Shown in pieces: positions 52,738-62,995 of a stretch of 64,000 nt of DNA. This stretch comes from Armatimonadota bacterium (GTDB taxonomy: Bacteria; Armatimonadota; UBA5829; DTLH01). The stretch lies in NCBI GenBank assembly GCA_029551395.1, contig JAKPFN010000014.1:319-64318 (forward strand), written 5' to 3'. The position numbers were made by a program, and so were the translations under genes. The notes beneath the pieces are model-generated. The model saw nothing but the letters and a program-made list of their open reading frames with translations. It was not told the DNA's origin and did not search any database. Position 1 is the stretch's first letter; the number at the start of each line of letters is the position of its first letter.

Positions 52738-54927
52738 TCAGCTTACTGCTGCAAGCTGGAAGTCTTTATATTTCTTGAGCATATCCTTCTTAAGCGCCCG
52801 AAGTGACGGATCTGTTAGCTTCGGGTCACGTTTAATTATCTCAAAAGCTTCTTTTCTTGCCAATTCCAAAATTGGAATATCTCTGAAAATGTCCGTGACA
52901 TTCAGTGCAGGCATTCCACTCTGTCTGGTTCCGTAGAACTCTCCTGGTCCTCGGATTTTCAAATCTTCTTCGGCTATGGTAAACCCATCGTTTGTTTGGG
53001 TCATCACTCGAAGTCTGGCTGCGGAGTCATCGCTGTTCGCATCCGCAACAAGCACGCAATAAGATTGATACTCCCCACGGCCTACGCGGCCTCTCAACTG
53101 GTGCATCTGGGCAAGCCCGAATCTGTGCGCGTCTTCTATTACCATTACGGAAGCATTCGGCACATCTACGCCCACTTCTATCACCGTGGTCGACACCAAT
53201 ATGTCCGTTTCACCAGCCCGGAAGGATTTCATCACCATTTCCTTCTCCCAGGTCTTCATCTGGCCATGAAGAAGGCTGACACGAAGGTCAGGAAAGACCT
53301 CCGATGCCAGGTGTTCATAAATCTCCGTCGCCGCTTTGACCTGCAGCTTTTCGGACTCTTCGATAAGCGGACATACTACATAAGCCTGCCTGCCTTCTGC
53401 TATGAGCTTGCGCACACCTTGATAAACTCTGTCCCGTTCGTCTGCTGTCTTCCAGTGTGTCTTGATAGGCTTGCGCCCCGGAGGCAGTTCATCGATGATA
53501 GAAATCTCCAAATCTCCGTAGACGGTAAGCGTCAGCGTCCTTGGAATAGGGGTTGCTGTCATCACCAAAACATCCGGGTTCAGCCCTTTTCCCTTCAGTG
53601 CAGCCCGCTGCAGCACACCAAAACGATGCTGCTCGTCAACTATCACCAGGCCGAGCTTTGCAAACTCCACGCTTTCCTGTATCAACGCGTGAGTTCCTAT
53701 CACAAGACTGGTCTCGCCTGAGGCAATTCGCTTCAGAGCGGCACGCTTCTCCCGTGCAGTCATGCTTCCAATCAACAAATCCACCTTGATATCAATGCTT
53801 GAAAGCATCTCCGACAGCCCCAGATAATGCTGCTCTGCAAGAATTTCCGTCGGAGCCATCAACGCAGACTGATAGCCATTCCCAGCAGCAATAAGTATTG
53901 CCGCCAGTGCAACAACCGTCTTGCCGGATCCGACATCACCCTGCAGCAGCCGGTTCATGCAGTCTGGACGCGCCATGTCTGATGCTATCTCATTGATAAC
54001 CCTCTGCTGTGCGCCGGTCAACTCGAACGGCAGGACAGAACGCAGCGTCTCTTTCCAATTGTCAGGGATCACGAACGATATCCCATGCCCAGGAGTATCG
54101 ATCTCTCGTTTTCTGAGCGCAAGAGCAAGCTGCAGCAAGTAGAGTTCTTCGAAAACATGCCGCCTTCTAGCAGCTTCGAGCGCTTCCATACTCTCGGGAA
54201 AGTGCATATTCCTGAGAGCTTCCTTAATATCCATAAGGTCCAGCCGGTCACGCAAATCTTCCGGCAGGACTTCCGGCACCAAATCTATGTAACCATCCAG
54301 GGCATTGGTAACAATCTTCCGCATCGTGCCCTGGAAAAGCCCCTCTGTGAGCGGGTAAACGGGAACAACCCTTTTTGCAGACAGCGGGTCAGTATCCTCT
54401 TTAAACTCCTCCCACTCCGGGGATTGAATCTCGATTCCCCACCGTCCAACCTGCGCTGTCCCGTAGGCAATAATCTCTCGGCCCCTCATCTTGAAGAACC
54501 GGTCTTTGAGATAATGCTGGTTGAACCAGGAAAGCGTGGCAACTCCAGAACCGTCATCTATGGCAACCTTGGTTATCACTAGCCCGGTCCGCGGCCGAAC
54601 ATTATCTACTGCCACAATCGTACCGGCTACAGTAACCTCTTCGCCGCCGCGCAAGTTGCCAATACGCGCCAGACGCGACCTGTCTTCATGCCTGCGAGGG
54701 AAGTGATAGAGCAAATCGCGTACGTCAAAAATACCCAGCTTTCCGAGCACGCGGGACATACGCTCGCCGACGCCCTTCACATACTGCACTGGCGAATCGA
54801 GTGTCTTATACGTGGACACGGAGCTGGGTCCCTTTTTGTGCGTTGCAAGGCCGTGGGCCGGTTTTGTTGCCATTCGGAGCTCCCGCTCGTCCTTCAGATT
54901 GTACTTGCCGACGGGCCGCTTTGTCAA
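52738..54927 (-). CDS. recG: ATP-dependent DNA helicase RecG
   Basis: 729 aa. N-terminal wedge domain and then SF2 helicase motifs ('GDVGSGKT', 'DEQHRFG', 'LRGRVGRG'). Confidence 0.9.
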   Translation of the reverse strand: MTKRPVGKYNLKDERELRMATKPAHGLATHKKGPSSVSTYKTLDSPVQYVKGVGERMSRVLGKLGIFDVRDLLYHFPRRHEDRSRLARIGNLRGGEEVTVAGTIVAVDNVRPRTGLVITKVAIDDGSGVATLSWFNQHYLKDRFFKMRGREIIAYGTAQVGRWGIEIQSPEWEEFKEDTDPLSAKRVVPVYPLTEGLFQGTMRKIVTNALDGYIDLVPEVLPEDLRDRLDLMDIKEALRNMHFPESMEALEAARRRHVFEELYLLQLALALRKREIDTPGHGISFVIPDNWKETLRSVLPFELTGAQQRVINEIASDMARPDCMNRLLQGDVGSGKTVVALAAILIAAGNGYQSALMAPTEILAEQHYLGLSEMLSSIDIKVDLLIGSMTAREKRAALKRIASGETSLVIGTHALIQESVEFAKLGLVIVDEQHRFGVLQRAALKGKGLNPDVLVMTATPIPRTLTLTVYGDLEISIIDELPPGRKPIKTHWKTADERDRVYQGVRKLIAEGRQAYVVCPLIEESEKLQVKAATEIYEHLASEVFPDLRVSLLHGQMKTWEKEMVMKSFRAGETDILVSTTVIEVGVDVPNASVMVIEDAHRFGLAQMHQLRGRVGRGEYQSYCVLVADANSDDSAARLRVMTQTNDGFTIAEEDLKIRGPGEFYGTRQSGMPALNVTDIFRDIPILELARKEAFEIIKRDPKLTDPSLRALKKDMLKKYKDFQLAAVS

Positions 54928-55228
54928 GCAGGACCGAAGTGTGATTAATTATGGTTATCTATAGTATATCAGAATGACGACCCTATGTCGATTCGTTGAG
55001 GAACCTCAAGTAAGTTCGGAATTGCCCAATAAACACTTCCTGTGCTAGATGTTTCAGACTCACATACTTAAACACAGTATTCAAAAGCAAATTCGGTTTT
55101 TCCTTTCCAAGTTTATCCGCCATACCCTGCGGGTAACAGTTATCCTTAGACATTTGCGGGCAAATAGTTGCGCTTGTTGTATACTTTGAGGTAATCTACC
55201 ATCGTACTGCTTGGGTAAAGGGTGGAAA

Positions 55229-57271
55229 ATGAGAGACTCAGAGATTCCGGTAGATGCTCGAAATGATTCCGTTATGGCTTCCCGGTCTGAAGTTCTTTGG
55301 ATGCTGGATTGGGCCGCAAACGCCTTTGCTGAGACAAAAATCCCCCATGACAAGACCTTTCTAAGCACCACCTATCCCTTTTCATTTATCTACGATGGCC
55401 ACTCGTCTTCAAGACTTCTGAAAAGCTGGAAATATGCATCAGAAACCCAGGAAAAAGCAGACAGAATAGAAAAACTGGTTACCTGGAAAGACCCTGTTAC
55501 CGGATTAAAAGTTAGCGCAACTATCACTGCTTATAAACACTATCCGGCAGTTGACTGGATACTCCATTTCGAAAACGAAGGCAGCCATGACACGCCGATT
55601 ATCGAAGACATTCAAGCTCTGGACATCACTCTACACCCGGATAACCTCGGCGCACCTGCCGTTCTACACCAGATAAAGGGAGATACAGAAAAAGAAGATG
55701 CCTTCCTGCCGTTTGATACCGCGCTTGCCCCAGGAGACCATTTTTGCATAGCGCCTGCTGGTGGTAAGTCTTCTTCGGGTGCATTCCCGTTCTTCAATTT
55801 CCAATACGGCAGGCGAGGGATAATCACCGCTATCGGATGGACAGGCCAGTGGGCAGCTTCATTCAATCACATTGACTCAGATGCATTACAGATAAAAGCC
55901 GGGATGGAGAGAACTCACCTTCGCCTTCATCCAGGCGAACGAATCCGCAGCCCAAGAATCCTCATCATGGCCTGGAATAACGACCTGTACACGGCACACA
56001 ACAGGTTCCGCAGATTGATGCTATTCAACTACTTGCCCAAGCCTAATGGCAGACCTGCCAGAATACCGGTTGCCCTTCAGTGTTTCGACCGCTACAGCCT
56101 GAGACCTGATTGGGCCAGTGAGTCAGGACAGATGAAAGCTGCGCGGGTTGCAGATGAATTGGGCTGTGACACACTTTGGCTGGATGCGGCATGGTTTCCA
56201 GGAGACTTCCCTTCAGGAGTCGGCAACTGGTTCGCGAAACCTGATGCTTTTCCAAGAGGATTGAAACCCGTAAGTGACCTTTGTCACGATTTAGGGCTTC
56301 AGTTTATGCTCTGGTTCGAGCCTGAGCGGGCAGATTCCAATTCTTCCATTGCAAAAGAACATCCTGAGTTCCTTTACCCACGGACAACAGTCGAGTTTGG
56401 CGGAACCAGCCACTTAGTAAATTTGGGAGACCCGAACACCCGGTTCTTCATGACCGATCTGCTTTCCAAGTGCATCCATGATTACGGAATTGATATCTAC
56501 CGGCTGGATTTCAACATCAGTCCGCTCAGGTTCTGGAGAGAAAATGACGAACCTGACAGACAGGGAATGAGCGAAATACGGCACATCGAGGGATTATACG
56601 CGATGTGGGATGATCTATTGGCACACCATCCGGGGCTTTTGATAGACAATGTCGCCGGCGGCGGCCGCAGGATAGACCTGGAAACATGTATGCGCTCTAT
56701 CCCCATGTGGCGAAGCGACACCGCTTGCGGAACCAATCCGCCGGACTGGAATCAGACTCAAAGTTATGGCCTGAGTCTCTATATCCCGCTGCATTCCATA
56801 GCTTTCTGGTCGCCTGACGCCTATGAATGCCGCAGCACAGCTACTGTAGGCGTCATCTGTCAGTTGGATTACTTGAAAGAAGGCTTCCCGATGGACGAAG
56901 CCGAAGCTTCCATTGACGAAGCAAAAGAAAACCAGAAATATTGGTACGGCGATTTTTATCCGCTTACTCCTGCCTCTGCGGCGATGGACAAATTCATTGC
57001 ATACCAGTTCCATCGGCCAGACCTGAACGAAGGTATGATTCTAGCCTTCCGGCGCTGTGAATGCACTGCCGACAATCTTGTGGTCAAAGCACAGGGGCTT
57101 AGTGCGGAGTGCATATTCCAGGTGGAAATCATCGACGACAACCGAAACAAGATCGAAAAGACTCTAACCGGCCGTCAGTTGATGTCAGGACTGGGCTTAC
57201 ACTTCGATAGAAAGCCTGGCAGCCTGCTGGTGAGATACAAGCGGATCATCCCCAGGGGAAATCTCGCCTGA
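55229..57271 (+). CDS. Glycoside hydrolase, GH36-like alpha-galactosidase family
   Basis: Track ORF 55211..57271. A likelier start is the ATG at 55229, after 'aagggtgga'. 'DTLWLDAAWF' and 'LWFEPE' are characteristic of the GH36/GH27 (clan GH-D) catalytic barrel. Confidence 0.55.
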   Translation: MRDSEIPVDARNDSVMASRSEVLWMLDWAANAFAETKIPHDKTFLSTTYPFSFIYDGHSSSRLLKSWKYASETQEKADRIEKLVTWKDPVTGLKVSATITAYKHYPAVDWILHFENEGSHDTPIIEDIQALDITLHPDNLGAPAVLHQIKGDTEKEDAFLPFDTALAPGDHFCIAPAGGKSSSGAFPFFNFQYGRRGIITAIGWTGQWAASFNHIDSDALQIKAGMERTHLRLHPGERIRSPRILIMAWNNDLYTAHNRFRRLMLFNYLPKPNGRPARIPVALQCFDRYSLRPDWASESGQMKAARVADELGCDTLWLDAAWFPGDFPSGVGNWFAKPDAFPRGLKPVSDLCHDLGLQFMLWFEPERADSNSSIAKEHPEFLYPRTTVEFGGTSHLVNLGDPNTRFFMTDLLSKCIHDYGIDIYRLDFNISPLRFWRENDEPDRQGMSEIRHIEGLYAMWDDLLAHHPGLLIDNVAGGGRRIDLETCMRSIPMWRSDTACGTNPPDWNQTQSYGLSLYIPLHSIAFWSPDAYECRSTATVGVICQLDYLKEGFPMDEAEASIDEAKENQKYWYGDFYPLTPASAAMDKFIAYQFHRPDLNEGMILAFRRCECTADNLVVKAQGLSAECIFQVEIIDDNRNKIEKTLTGRQLMSGLGLHFDRKPGSLLVRYKRIIPRGNLA

Positions 57272-57312
57272 TTATACCGCAGCATCTACGCTAATATCTA
57301 GACTGTTGCCTG

Positions 57313-58131
57313 ATGAAGACACTAAGAGACAAAACAGTCGTTATCACCGGGGCATCGAGCGGAATAGGCCGTGCAGCGGCAGTTGCGTTCGCAAAACGTG
57401 GGTCCAACCTGGTGCTTGCAGCTCGACGAACCGAGCTTTTGGAAAAGGTAAAAGCTGAGGTAGAAGGTCTTGGTGTAAAGGCTTTGACCGTTCCAACTGA
57501 TGTAACTGCCCCAAGGCAGTCTCAAGGGCTGATAGATGCTTCCATAGAACACTTCGGGCAGATAGATGTTCTGGTCAATAACGCAGGCCGAGGCATTTTA
57601 GGCGCATTTCCCGAACTAACAATTGAAGATGTCAAAAGCCTCTTTGATGTCAACTTCTTCGGCGCAGTCAAAGTGATGCAGTCAACCCTGGAAGCAATGG
57701 AACGGCAGGGCTGGGGTGTGATTATTAACGTTGCATCCGTCGCCGGACTGGTTTCTGCCCCGTATACCTCAGCTTATAACGCTACCAAAGCTGCTCTGAT
57801 TGCTCTCTCGGAATCCGCCAGCGCCGAGTATTTCGGAACGAGAATTGAAATAGTTGCATTTTGTCCCGCTTCGACAGTTTCGGAGTTTGACCAGTCCATG
57901 CAAAAGGTAGGACGGTTCCAGAAATGGATTCATCCGCTTAAAAAAGCATCTCCAGAATGGGTTGCGGAAAGATTAGTCCGTGCTGCACTCAAACCAAAAC
58001 CTCTTATTCTGCTAGGAACTTACTCAAGGACAGGTGTTATAGCCAAATTCCTCACTCCATCGCTCTACTACCGGGCTATCAGGTGGTACAGAGATGTGAT
58101 GCAAGAAGCAAATCCTCCTTTGGATGAATAG
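57313..58131 (+). CDS. Short-chain dehydrogenase/reductase (SDR)
   Basis: 272 aa. 'VITGASSGIG' and 'YNATKAA' (the Y-x3-K motif). Confidence 0.85.
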   Translation: MKTLRDKTVVITGASSGIGRAAAVAFAKRGSNLVLAARRTELLEKVKAEVEGLGVKALTVPTDVTAPRQSQGLIDASIEHFGQIDVLVNNAGRGILGAFPELTIEDVKSLFDVNFFGAVKVMQSTLEAMERQGWGVIINVASVAGLVSAPYTSAYNATKAALIALSESASAEYFGTRIEIVAFCPASTVSEFDQSMQKVGRFQKWIHPLKKASPEWVAERLVRAALKPKPLILLGTYSRTGVIAKFLTPSLYYRAIRWYRDVMQEANPPLDE

Positions 58132-58373
58132 TTTGAGCTTAATACTGCCAAAGGCGCTGCAAACACCGGATAACCGTCATATTATTGCCCACAATCACAC
58201 CATTTATCTCACATTAACCGGTTTGGCGATGTGTTGAGCGGGTATATACGAGCCGAGCAATGATGAAGAAGATGCTGTTTACAGACTCGTTTCTCAAAAC
58301 CGGGGCGCCGGCTGGTGGGGACGCAGTGCGTGCCGCTTCTCACCCGGTATGTAAGGAGGTAAGGGAAGAGCAA

Positions 58374-59702
58374 ATGAATATTTGTGTGATTGGTACGGGC
58401 TATGTTGGGCTGGTCACTGGCGCTGTATTTGCCGACCTGGGCAACGATGTCATCTGTGTGGACAAGGATGAGTCCAAAATCGAGATGCTGAAGCAGAGTG
58501 AGATGCCCATTTATGAGCCGGGACTGGAAGAAATGGTTGTCCGTAATGTCGAAGATAGTAGGCTCGCATTCAGCACTGATATTGGCGAAGGTGTCAGAAA
58601 GTCCGAAGTTGTGTTCATCGCTGTAGGTACTCCGCCTGCTGAGGATGGTTACGCAGACCTCTCTGCAGTCACTGATGTCGCAAAAATAATAGCCCGTAAT
58701 CTCGACCGCTACAAGGTTATCGTCAACAAAAGCACCGTGCCTGTTGGCACAGGAGACCTGGTACGGGAGGTCATAGACCGCAACAAAATCCGCGATGTAG
58801 AGTTCGACGTTGTCTCAAACCCGGAATTCCTGCGTGAAGGCTCTGCCATAACCGACACTCTGTATCCCGATAGAATAGTTATCGGCGCTCCGAATGGCAA
58901 CGTTGCCATGAGAATAGTAGAACTGTATGCGCCGCTTGAAAGACCGATGCTGATAACAGACGTGCACTCCGCAGAGATGATAAAATATGCCTCCAACGCA
59001 TTCCTGGCAACGAAAATCTCCTTCATCAACGCAGTTGCCAACATCTGTGAACGCGCTGGAGCAGATATTGTGCAGGTTATTAAGGGAATGGGCTTCGACA
59101 GCCGCATCGGGCCTCAATTCCTGAATGCCGGGTTAGGTTATGGTGGTTCTTGCTTCGGAAAAGATGCAAGCTGCCTCATACATACGGCTGACAGATTAGG
59201 TTACGATTTCAAGCTGCTTCGCACAGTTGTAGACATCAATTCAGAGCAGCCTCTGCGCTTCGTCGATAAAATCAGAAATGCGCTGGGAGACCTTGAAGGC
59301 AAGACTATCGGAATACTCGGGCTGGCGTTCAAACCAAATACAGACGATATGCGTGATGCAAAGTCCATAGACGTAATAGGTGCGCTTATTGCTGATGGAG
59401 CTGCCGTAAAGGCATACGACCCGATAGCTATAGACAACGCGAAGAAAATTTTCCCGCAAATCCAATACAGTTCGAACGCCTATGACACTGCTGAAGACTC
59501 TGATGCCCTGGTAATTATCACGGAATGGAATGAATTTAAACTTTTAAACCTGGAAAGACTCAAGGAACGGATGAAAAGGCCGATAATCTTTGATGGCAGG
59601 AATATGTACGACCCACAGCGTATGAAGCGGCTGGGGTTCGAATATCACTGCATCGGCAGGTGCGATAACGCAAAAGGCTCGAACGGAATAAACGGGCATT
59701 GA
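58374..59702 (+). CDS. ugd: UDP-glucose 6-dehydrogenase
   Basis: Start reassigned to the ATG at 58374, after 'ggaggtaag'. 'MNICVIGTGYVGLVTG', the catalytic 'GGSCFGKD', and 'GLAFKPNTDDMRDA'. Confidence 0.9.
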   Translation: MNICVIGTGYVGLVTGAVFADLGNDVICVDKDESKIEMLKQSEMPIYEPGLEEMVVRNVEDSRLAFSTDIGEGVRKSEVVFIAVGTPPAEDGYADLSAVTDVAKIIARNLDRYKVIVNKSTVPVGTGDLVREVIDRNKIRDVEFDVVSNPEFLREGSAITDTLYPDRIVIGAPNGNVAMRIVELYAPLERPMLITDVHSAEMIKYASNAFLATKISFINAVANICERAGADIVQVIKGMGFDSRIGPQFLNAGLGYGGSCFGKDASCLIHTADRLGYDFKLLRTVVDINSEQPLRFVDKIRNALGDLEGKTIGILGLAFKPNTDDMRDAKSIDVIGALIADGAAVKAYDPIAIDNAKKIFPQIQYSSNAYDTAEDSDALVIITEWNEFKLLNLERLKERMKRPIIFDGRNMYDPQRMKRLGFEYHCIGRCDNAKGSNGINGH

Positions 59703-60667
59703 TGCGTAAAATGCTCCTGCCGGGCAATAACCCGAGGGGAGCTGAAGCATCAACCGTGTCATCTGTGCGAGAGCTTAACGAACATTACAGTAAGGGAATC
59801 GAGTTCTTCGATCAAGGCCTGTATAGAGAAGCGATATCTGAGTTTGAAATCATCATTCAGACTGTCGACTCATCTGACCCGGCCTGCAAGCTTGCGAAAT
59901 TTTACCTTGGTGAAGCGCATGCCCAGTTGGGCCTTGAACGCGCATACCGGGGCGCATCTGTCCAGGCTGAAGGAGATTTGCGCAGGGCTATCGATATAAA
60001 TCCGAAATACCCTGACCTGCATTATCACTTGGCCCGTGTGTACATCCAGAAGGGAGAGTATCAACAAGCTGTTTCCGAATTCGAGACGGCTCTAGCGCTT
60101 AATCCACGCTATGCCAGGGCACTTTTCGAACTTGGAATGCTTCGCTACAGGATGGGTGAGCGAGAGTTGGGTATGGAAATGGTCAGCCGCGCAGTAGATA
60201 TTGAGCCGGGCTACTCCAATAAGCTCTACAGAGAGGCACTTGCTGCTCATAAGACACGGCACTGGAACAAAACACTCTCCAAGCTCGAAGAACTGTCTGA
60301 GACAAATGTAGACGATATCTCTTACCACTTCCGGCTTGGTAAAGACCATTATAAACGGGGAGATTATCAATCAGCCATTGGAGATTTCGAAAGGGCGCTC
60401 AGCATACAACCAGGTTATGCGGACATCAGAAACTGGCTGGGACTTGCATATCTGGCTGCAGAGGAACCTTCCAAAGCTCTTATCGAATTCAGCCGGGCGC
60501 TTGAAATCAATCCTAACTTCATTGCTGCGCGCATAAATGCCGGTGCTGCGTTCACCAAGCTGGATTGCCTGGAAGAAGCTTCCCAATGCTACCGCCGGGT
60601 GCTTGAAATCGACCCTGACAACACAGAGGCAAGAGAAAGACTGGCAGAATTGCAGCTTAGAGGTTGA
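59702..60667 (+). CDS. Tetratricopeptide-repeat (TPR) protein
   Basis: About 8 TPR units ('YHLARVYIQKGEYQQAVSEFETALALNP' and others). The ATG overlaps the ugd stop as tgATG. Confidence 0.7.
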   Translation: MRKMLLPGNNPRGAEASTVSSVRELNEHYSKGIEFFDQGLYREAISEFEIIIQTVDSSDPACKLAKFYLGEAHAQLGLERAYRGASVQAEGDLRRAIDINPKYPDLHYHLARVYIQKGEYQQAVSEFETALALNPRYARALFELGMLRYRMGERELGMEMVSRAVDIEPGYSNKLYREALAAHKTRHWNKTLSKLEELSETNVDDISYHFRLGKDHYKRGDYQSAIGDFERALSIQPGYADIRNWLGLAYLAAEEPSKALIEFSRALEINPNFIAARINAGAAFTKLDCLEEASQCYRRVLEIDPDNTEARERLAELQLRG

Positions 60668-60716
60668 TTATCAGAATTGTAAGGCCCTCCCATAGTTCAA
60701 AGGGAGGGCCTTATTG

Positions 60717-61508
60717 TTAATCCAGCCTTAATGTCAGGCACTTTGACGAACCACCGGCTTTAATAAACTCGGACATATCAACTGGAACGCATTTTATACC
60801 CCGCTCAGCCAGCGTTGCACTTAACCTGTCGCTCGGCCTATGCAGCACGAACATATCATCAATTACAACCGTATTGCAGGCAAACCGGACTGCTTCTTCC
60901 TCAGTTACCTCAACCGCATCAGGGAACCGATTACGAAGCAGCCTGAGAGAGTAATCATCAAACGCTCCGGGATAATAAAGAGCAGAGTCCTTCAGCCTGC
61001 AAAGGCACGTATCCAGATGATAAAACCGTTCATCTTTCAACCTGAGCGGCAGGACTGCCTCTTCCATAAGCTGCGAGACTACTGCCAGTGCCTGCGGATC
61101 GCTTCTGAAGTAGTAGCCGCCAAACCAGGTGTCCCCTATCTTCAACAAATCGCCGGCGCCTTCAAAAAACAGCCCTTTTGGCAGGACTTCGACACGGTAT
61201 CCGTGCTCTCTGAACCATTTCTCGAAGAATTCAGATTCGCCCTGCCTCTCAGGATGCCTGAAGTTGGATGGAATAAACAAGTCACCCTTCACGACTCCTG
61301 CATTGGCTGTGAAGACCATATCGGGAAGACCTTCCTGTGGTTCAATTAGCTCGACCTGCACTCCCGGTATCGATGCAAGTGTATCATGCAGGTCCTGCCA
61401 CTGTTTACTGGCAAGGTCTTTGTCCACCGGCTGGCCCTGAGCCATCCATGGGTTTATCTGATACATAACTCCGTAGTAAGTAGGAGGACACATCAGGAAG
61501 CGCGCCAC
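60717..61508 (-). CDS. Guanidino-group-modifying enzyme superfamily protein (amidinotransferase / DDAH / arginine dihydrolase-like)
   Basis: 263 aa with a C-terminal catalytic Cys in 'GGSSKCLTL'. The pentein beta/alpha-propeller fold is suggested by 'FTANAGVV' and 'LDTCLC'. Overlaps the upstream gene by 16 bp. Confidence 0.6.
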   Translation of the reverse strand: MARFLMCPPTYYGVMYQINPWMAQGQPVDKDLASKQWQDLHDTLASIPGVQVELIEPQEGLPDMVFTANAGVVKGDLFIPSNFRHPERQGESEFFEKWFREHGYRVEVLPKGLFFEGAGDLLKIGDTWFGGYYFRSDPQALAVVSQLMEEAVLPLRLKDERFYHLDTCLCRLKDSALYYPGAFDDYSLRLLRNRFPDAVEVTEEEAVRFACNTVVIDDMFVLHRPSDRLSATLAERGIKCVPVDMSEFIKAGGSSKCLTLRLD

Positions 61509-62722
61509 GGGCCTGCCTCCTTCAGTTCATCTGCAAGCTCACTCATAAAGAGCGCAGCATCGGTTACAACACCGACTGCCTGGTGCGTACCCCGGTCAGC
61601 CAGCTTGGTTACTACGGCAGTGTTGATATCGACGCACACCACTTCCACTGAAGCAGGCAGCAGGTTGCCGGTTGCTACGGAGTGAAGCGTTGTGGCAACC
61701 ATCAGAGCCATGCCAACCTCAGAAAGCTGGGCACGCATCGCGTCCTGTGCCTCCATAACATCCGTAATGACATCGGGAAGCGGGCCGTCATCTCGGATAG
61801 ACCCGGCCAGAACATACGAAACACCAGCCTTGACAGCTTCATACATAATCCCTTTGGTCAGCACGCCTTGTTTGACAGCCTCAGCTATGCTTCCAACCCG
61901 GCGGATCTCATTGATTGCCCTCAAGTGATTCTCATGCCCGTGTGGAGCCGGTTTACCTTCTTCAATGTAAACTCCAAGAGCCGTCCCATACAGCGCGGAC
62001 TCGATATCGTGGGTCGCAAGCGCATTCCCGGCGAAGATGACATCGATCCATCCATCCCGGATCATCCTTGCGACTGCTTCACCTGCACCAGCATGAACAA
62101 TTGCAGGGCCGCCAACAAGTAAAACCTTCTTGCCAGCTTTCTTCGTATCCCTGATTTGCCGGGCTACTTCGGCAACCATCAACGCTTTAGGCTTTTCACT
62201 TGAGACAGTGCTGGTCATGAACTCAAATGTCCCAACACTCTCGCGCCGTTCCGGAGTCTCTACCTTGATCCCATCATGTCCAACTACCACCATCTGTCCA
62301 GCTCTGACATCGTTCATAGGGGTAGTCCGGGCCTGACCGTTCTCAATCACTATGCCGCAGTCCATCTCTACCCGGTCAACGGGTATCCACTTGCCGGAAA
62401 CCTTCACGCTTGTCGGCAGGTTGGTTGTGCAGTAGAAATGCTCCGGGAAAACTCCATCCTTAGGGGCTGGCACAAGCTCAGCATCCTGTTGCTCCAGCCG
62501 ATTTGCCCCTTCCTGTTCGATGTATGCCAGCACTGCATTCAGCTTATCATCATTTGGAGCTTGTATGCGGATGAGTGCGCGGCTCTGATCATCGCGAGTC
62601 TTACCGACGGTCATCTCTAATATCTCAAACTCGCCACCTTGAGCCAGGATGCTGTCCAACACCCGTGGCAGGCTCAATGAATCAATAATATGTCCTTTTA
62701 GTTCAACAAGTTCAGACGGCAT
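61493..62722 (-). CDS. LOR/SDH-conserved-region (TIGR00300-like) protein, homologous to archaeal-type ornithine cyclodeaminase
   Basis: 409 aa with a Rossmann-like core 'KKVLLVGGPAIVHAGAGEAVARMIRDGWIDVIFAGNALATHD'. Its size and motifs fit the conserved family that includes the M. jannaschii ornithine cyclodeaminase and the C-terminal domain of cyanobacterial ArgZ/AgrE. Confidence 0.5.
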   Translation of the reverse strand: MPSELVELKGHIIDSLSLPRVLDSILAQGGEFEILEMTVGKTRDDQSRALIRIQAPNDDKLNAVLAYIEQEGANRLEQQDAELVPAPKDGVFPEHFYCTTNLPTSVKVSGKWIPVDRVEMDCGIVIENGQARTTPMNDVRAGQMVVVGHDGIKVETPERRESVGTFEFMTSTVSSEKPKALMVAEVARQIRDTKKAGKKVLLVGGPAIVHAGAGEAVARMIRDGWIDVIFAGNALATHDIESALYGTALGVYIEEGKPAPHGHENHLRAINEIRRVGSIAEAVKQGVLTKGIMYEAVKAGVSYVLAGSIRDDGPLPDVITDVMEAQDAMRAQLSEVGMALMVATTLHSVATGNLLPASVEVVCVDINTAVVTKLADRGTHQAVGVVTDAALFMSELADELKEAGPWRAS

Positions 62723-62779
62723 TGTCTACCTCCAGATACTTATCCGTTACCAATACGGTTACTTTAACGAGATTATCGC

Positions 62780-62803
62780 CCTGTACATCGTTTCCTGTAC
62801 AGG
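62780..62803. promoter_or_regulatory. Palindromic operator-like site in a divergent promoter region
   Basis: CCTGTACA-tcgtttcc-TGTACAGG. Each half contains a TGTACA palindrome. It lies ~60-80 bp upstream of the 62722 start and ~190 bp upstream of the 62996 start. Confidence 0.3.
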
Positions 62804-62995
62804 TTCACTCGCTTTCTCTATTTCTTTAGTTTAACAGCCAGTCTTTACGTTCCTCTACATTGTTATAACTGTTTTAAATCACGTTGTCCAATAATCAGCG
62901 ACAATTGAACTAAGCAGTCATATTAACTGACATCGATGGGTAACATACATAAGACTAAAATGAGCACATCAATGGATTGATGGAGGTATATCTTA

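Noticed and set aside
55081-55371. 96-aa minus-strand ORF upstream of and overlapping the alpha-galactosidase start
   Set aside because: It has no SD and overlaps the 5' end and promoter of the plus-strand gene. Its composition is unremarkable, so it is probably spurious.
59621-59640. tRNA-like 'ggggttcgaat' T-loop sequence
   Set aside because: It is embedded in the ugd coding frame and has no acceptor or anticodon stem context. No tRNA, rRNA or tmRNA-like structures were found anywhere in the window.
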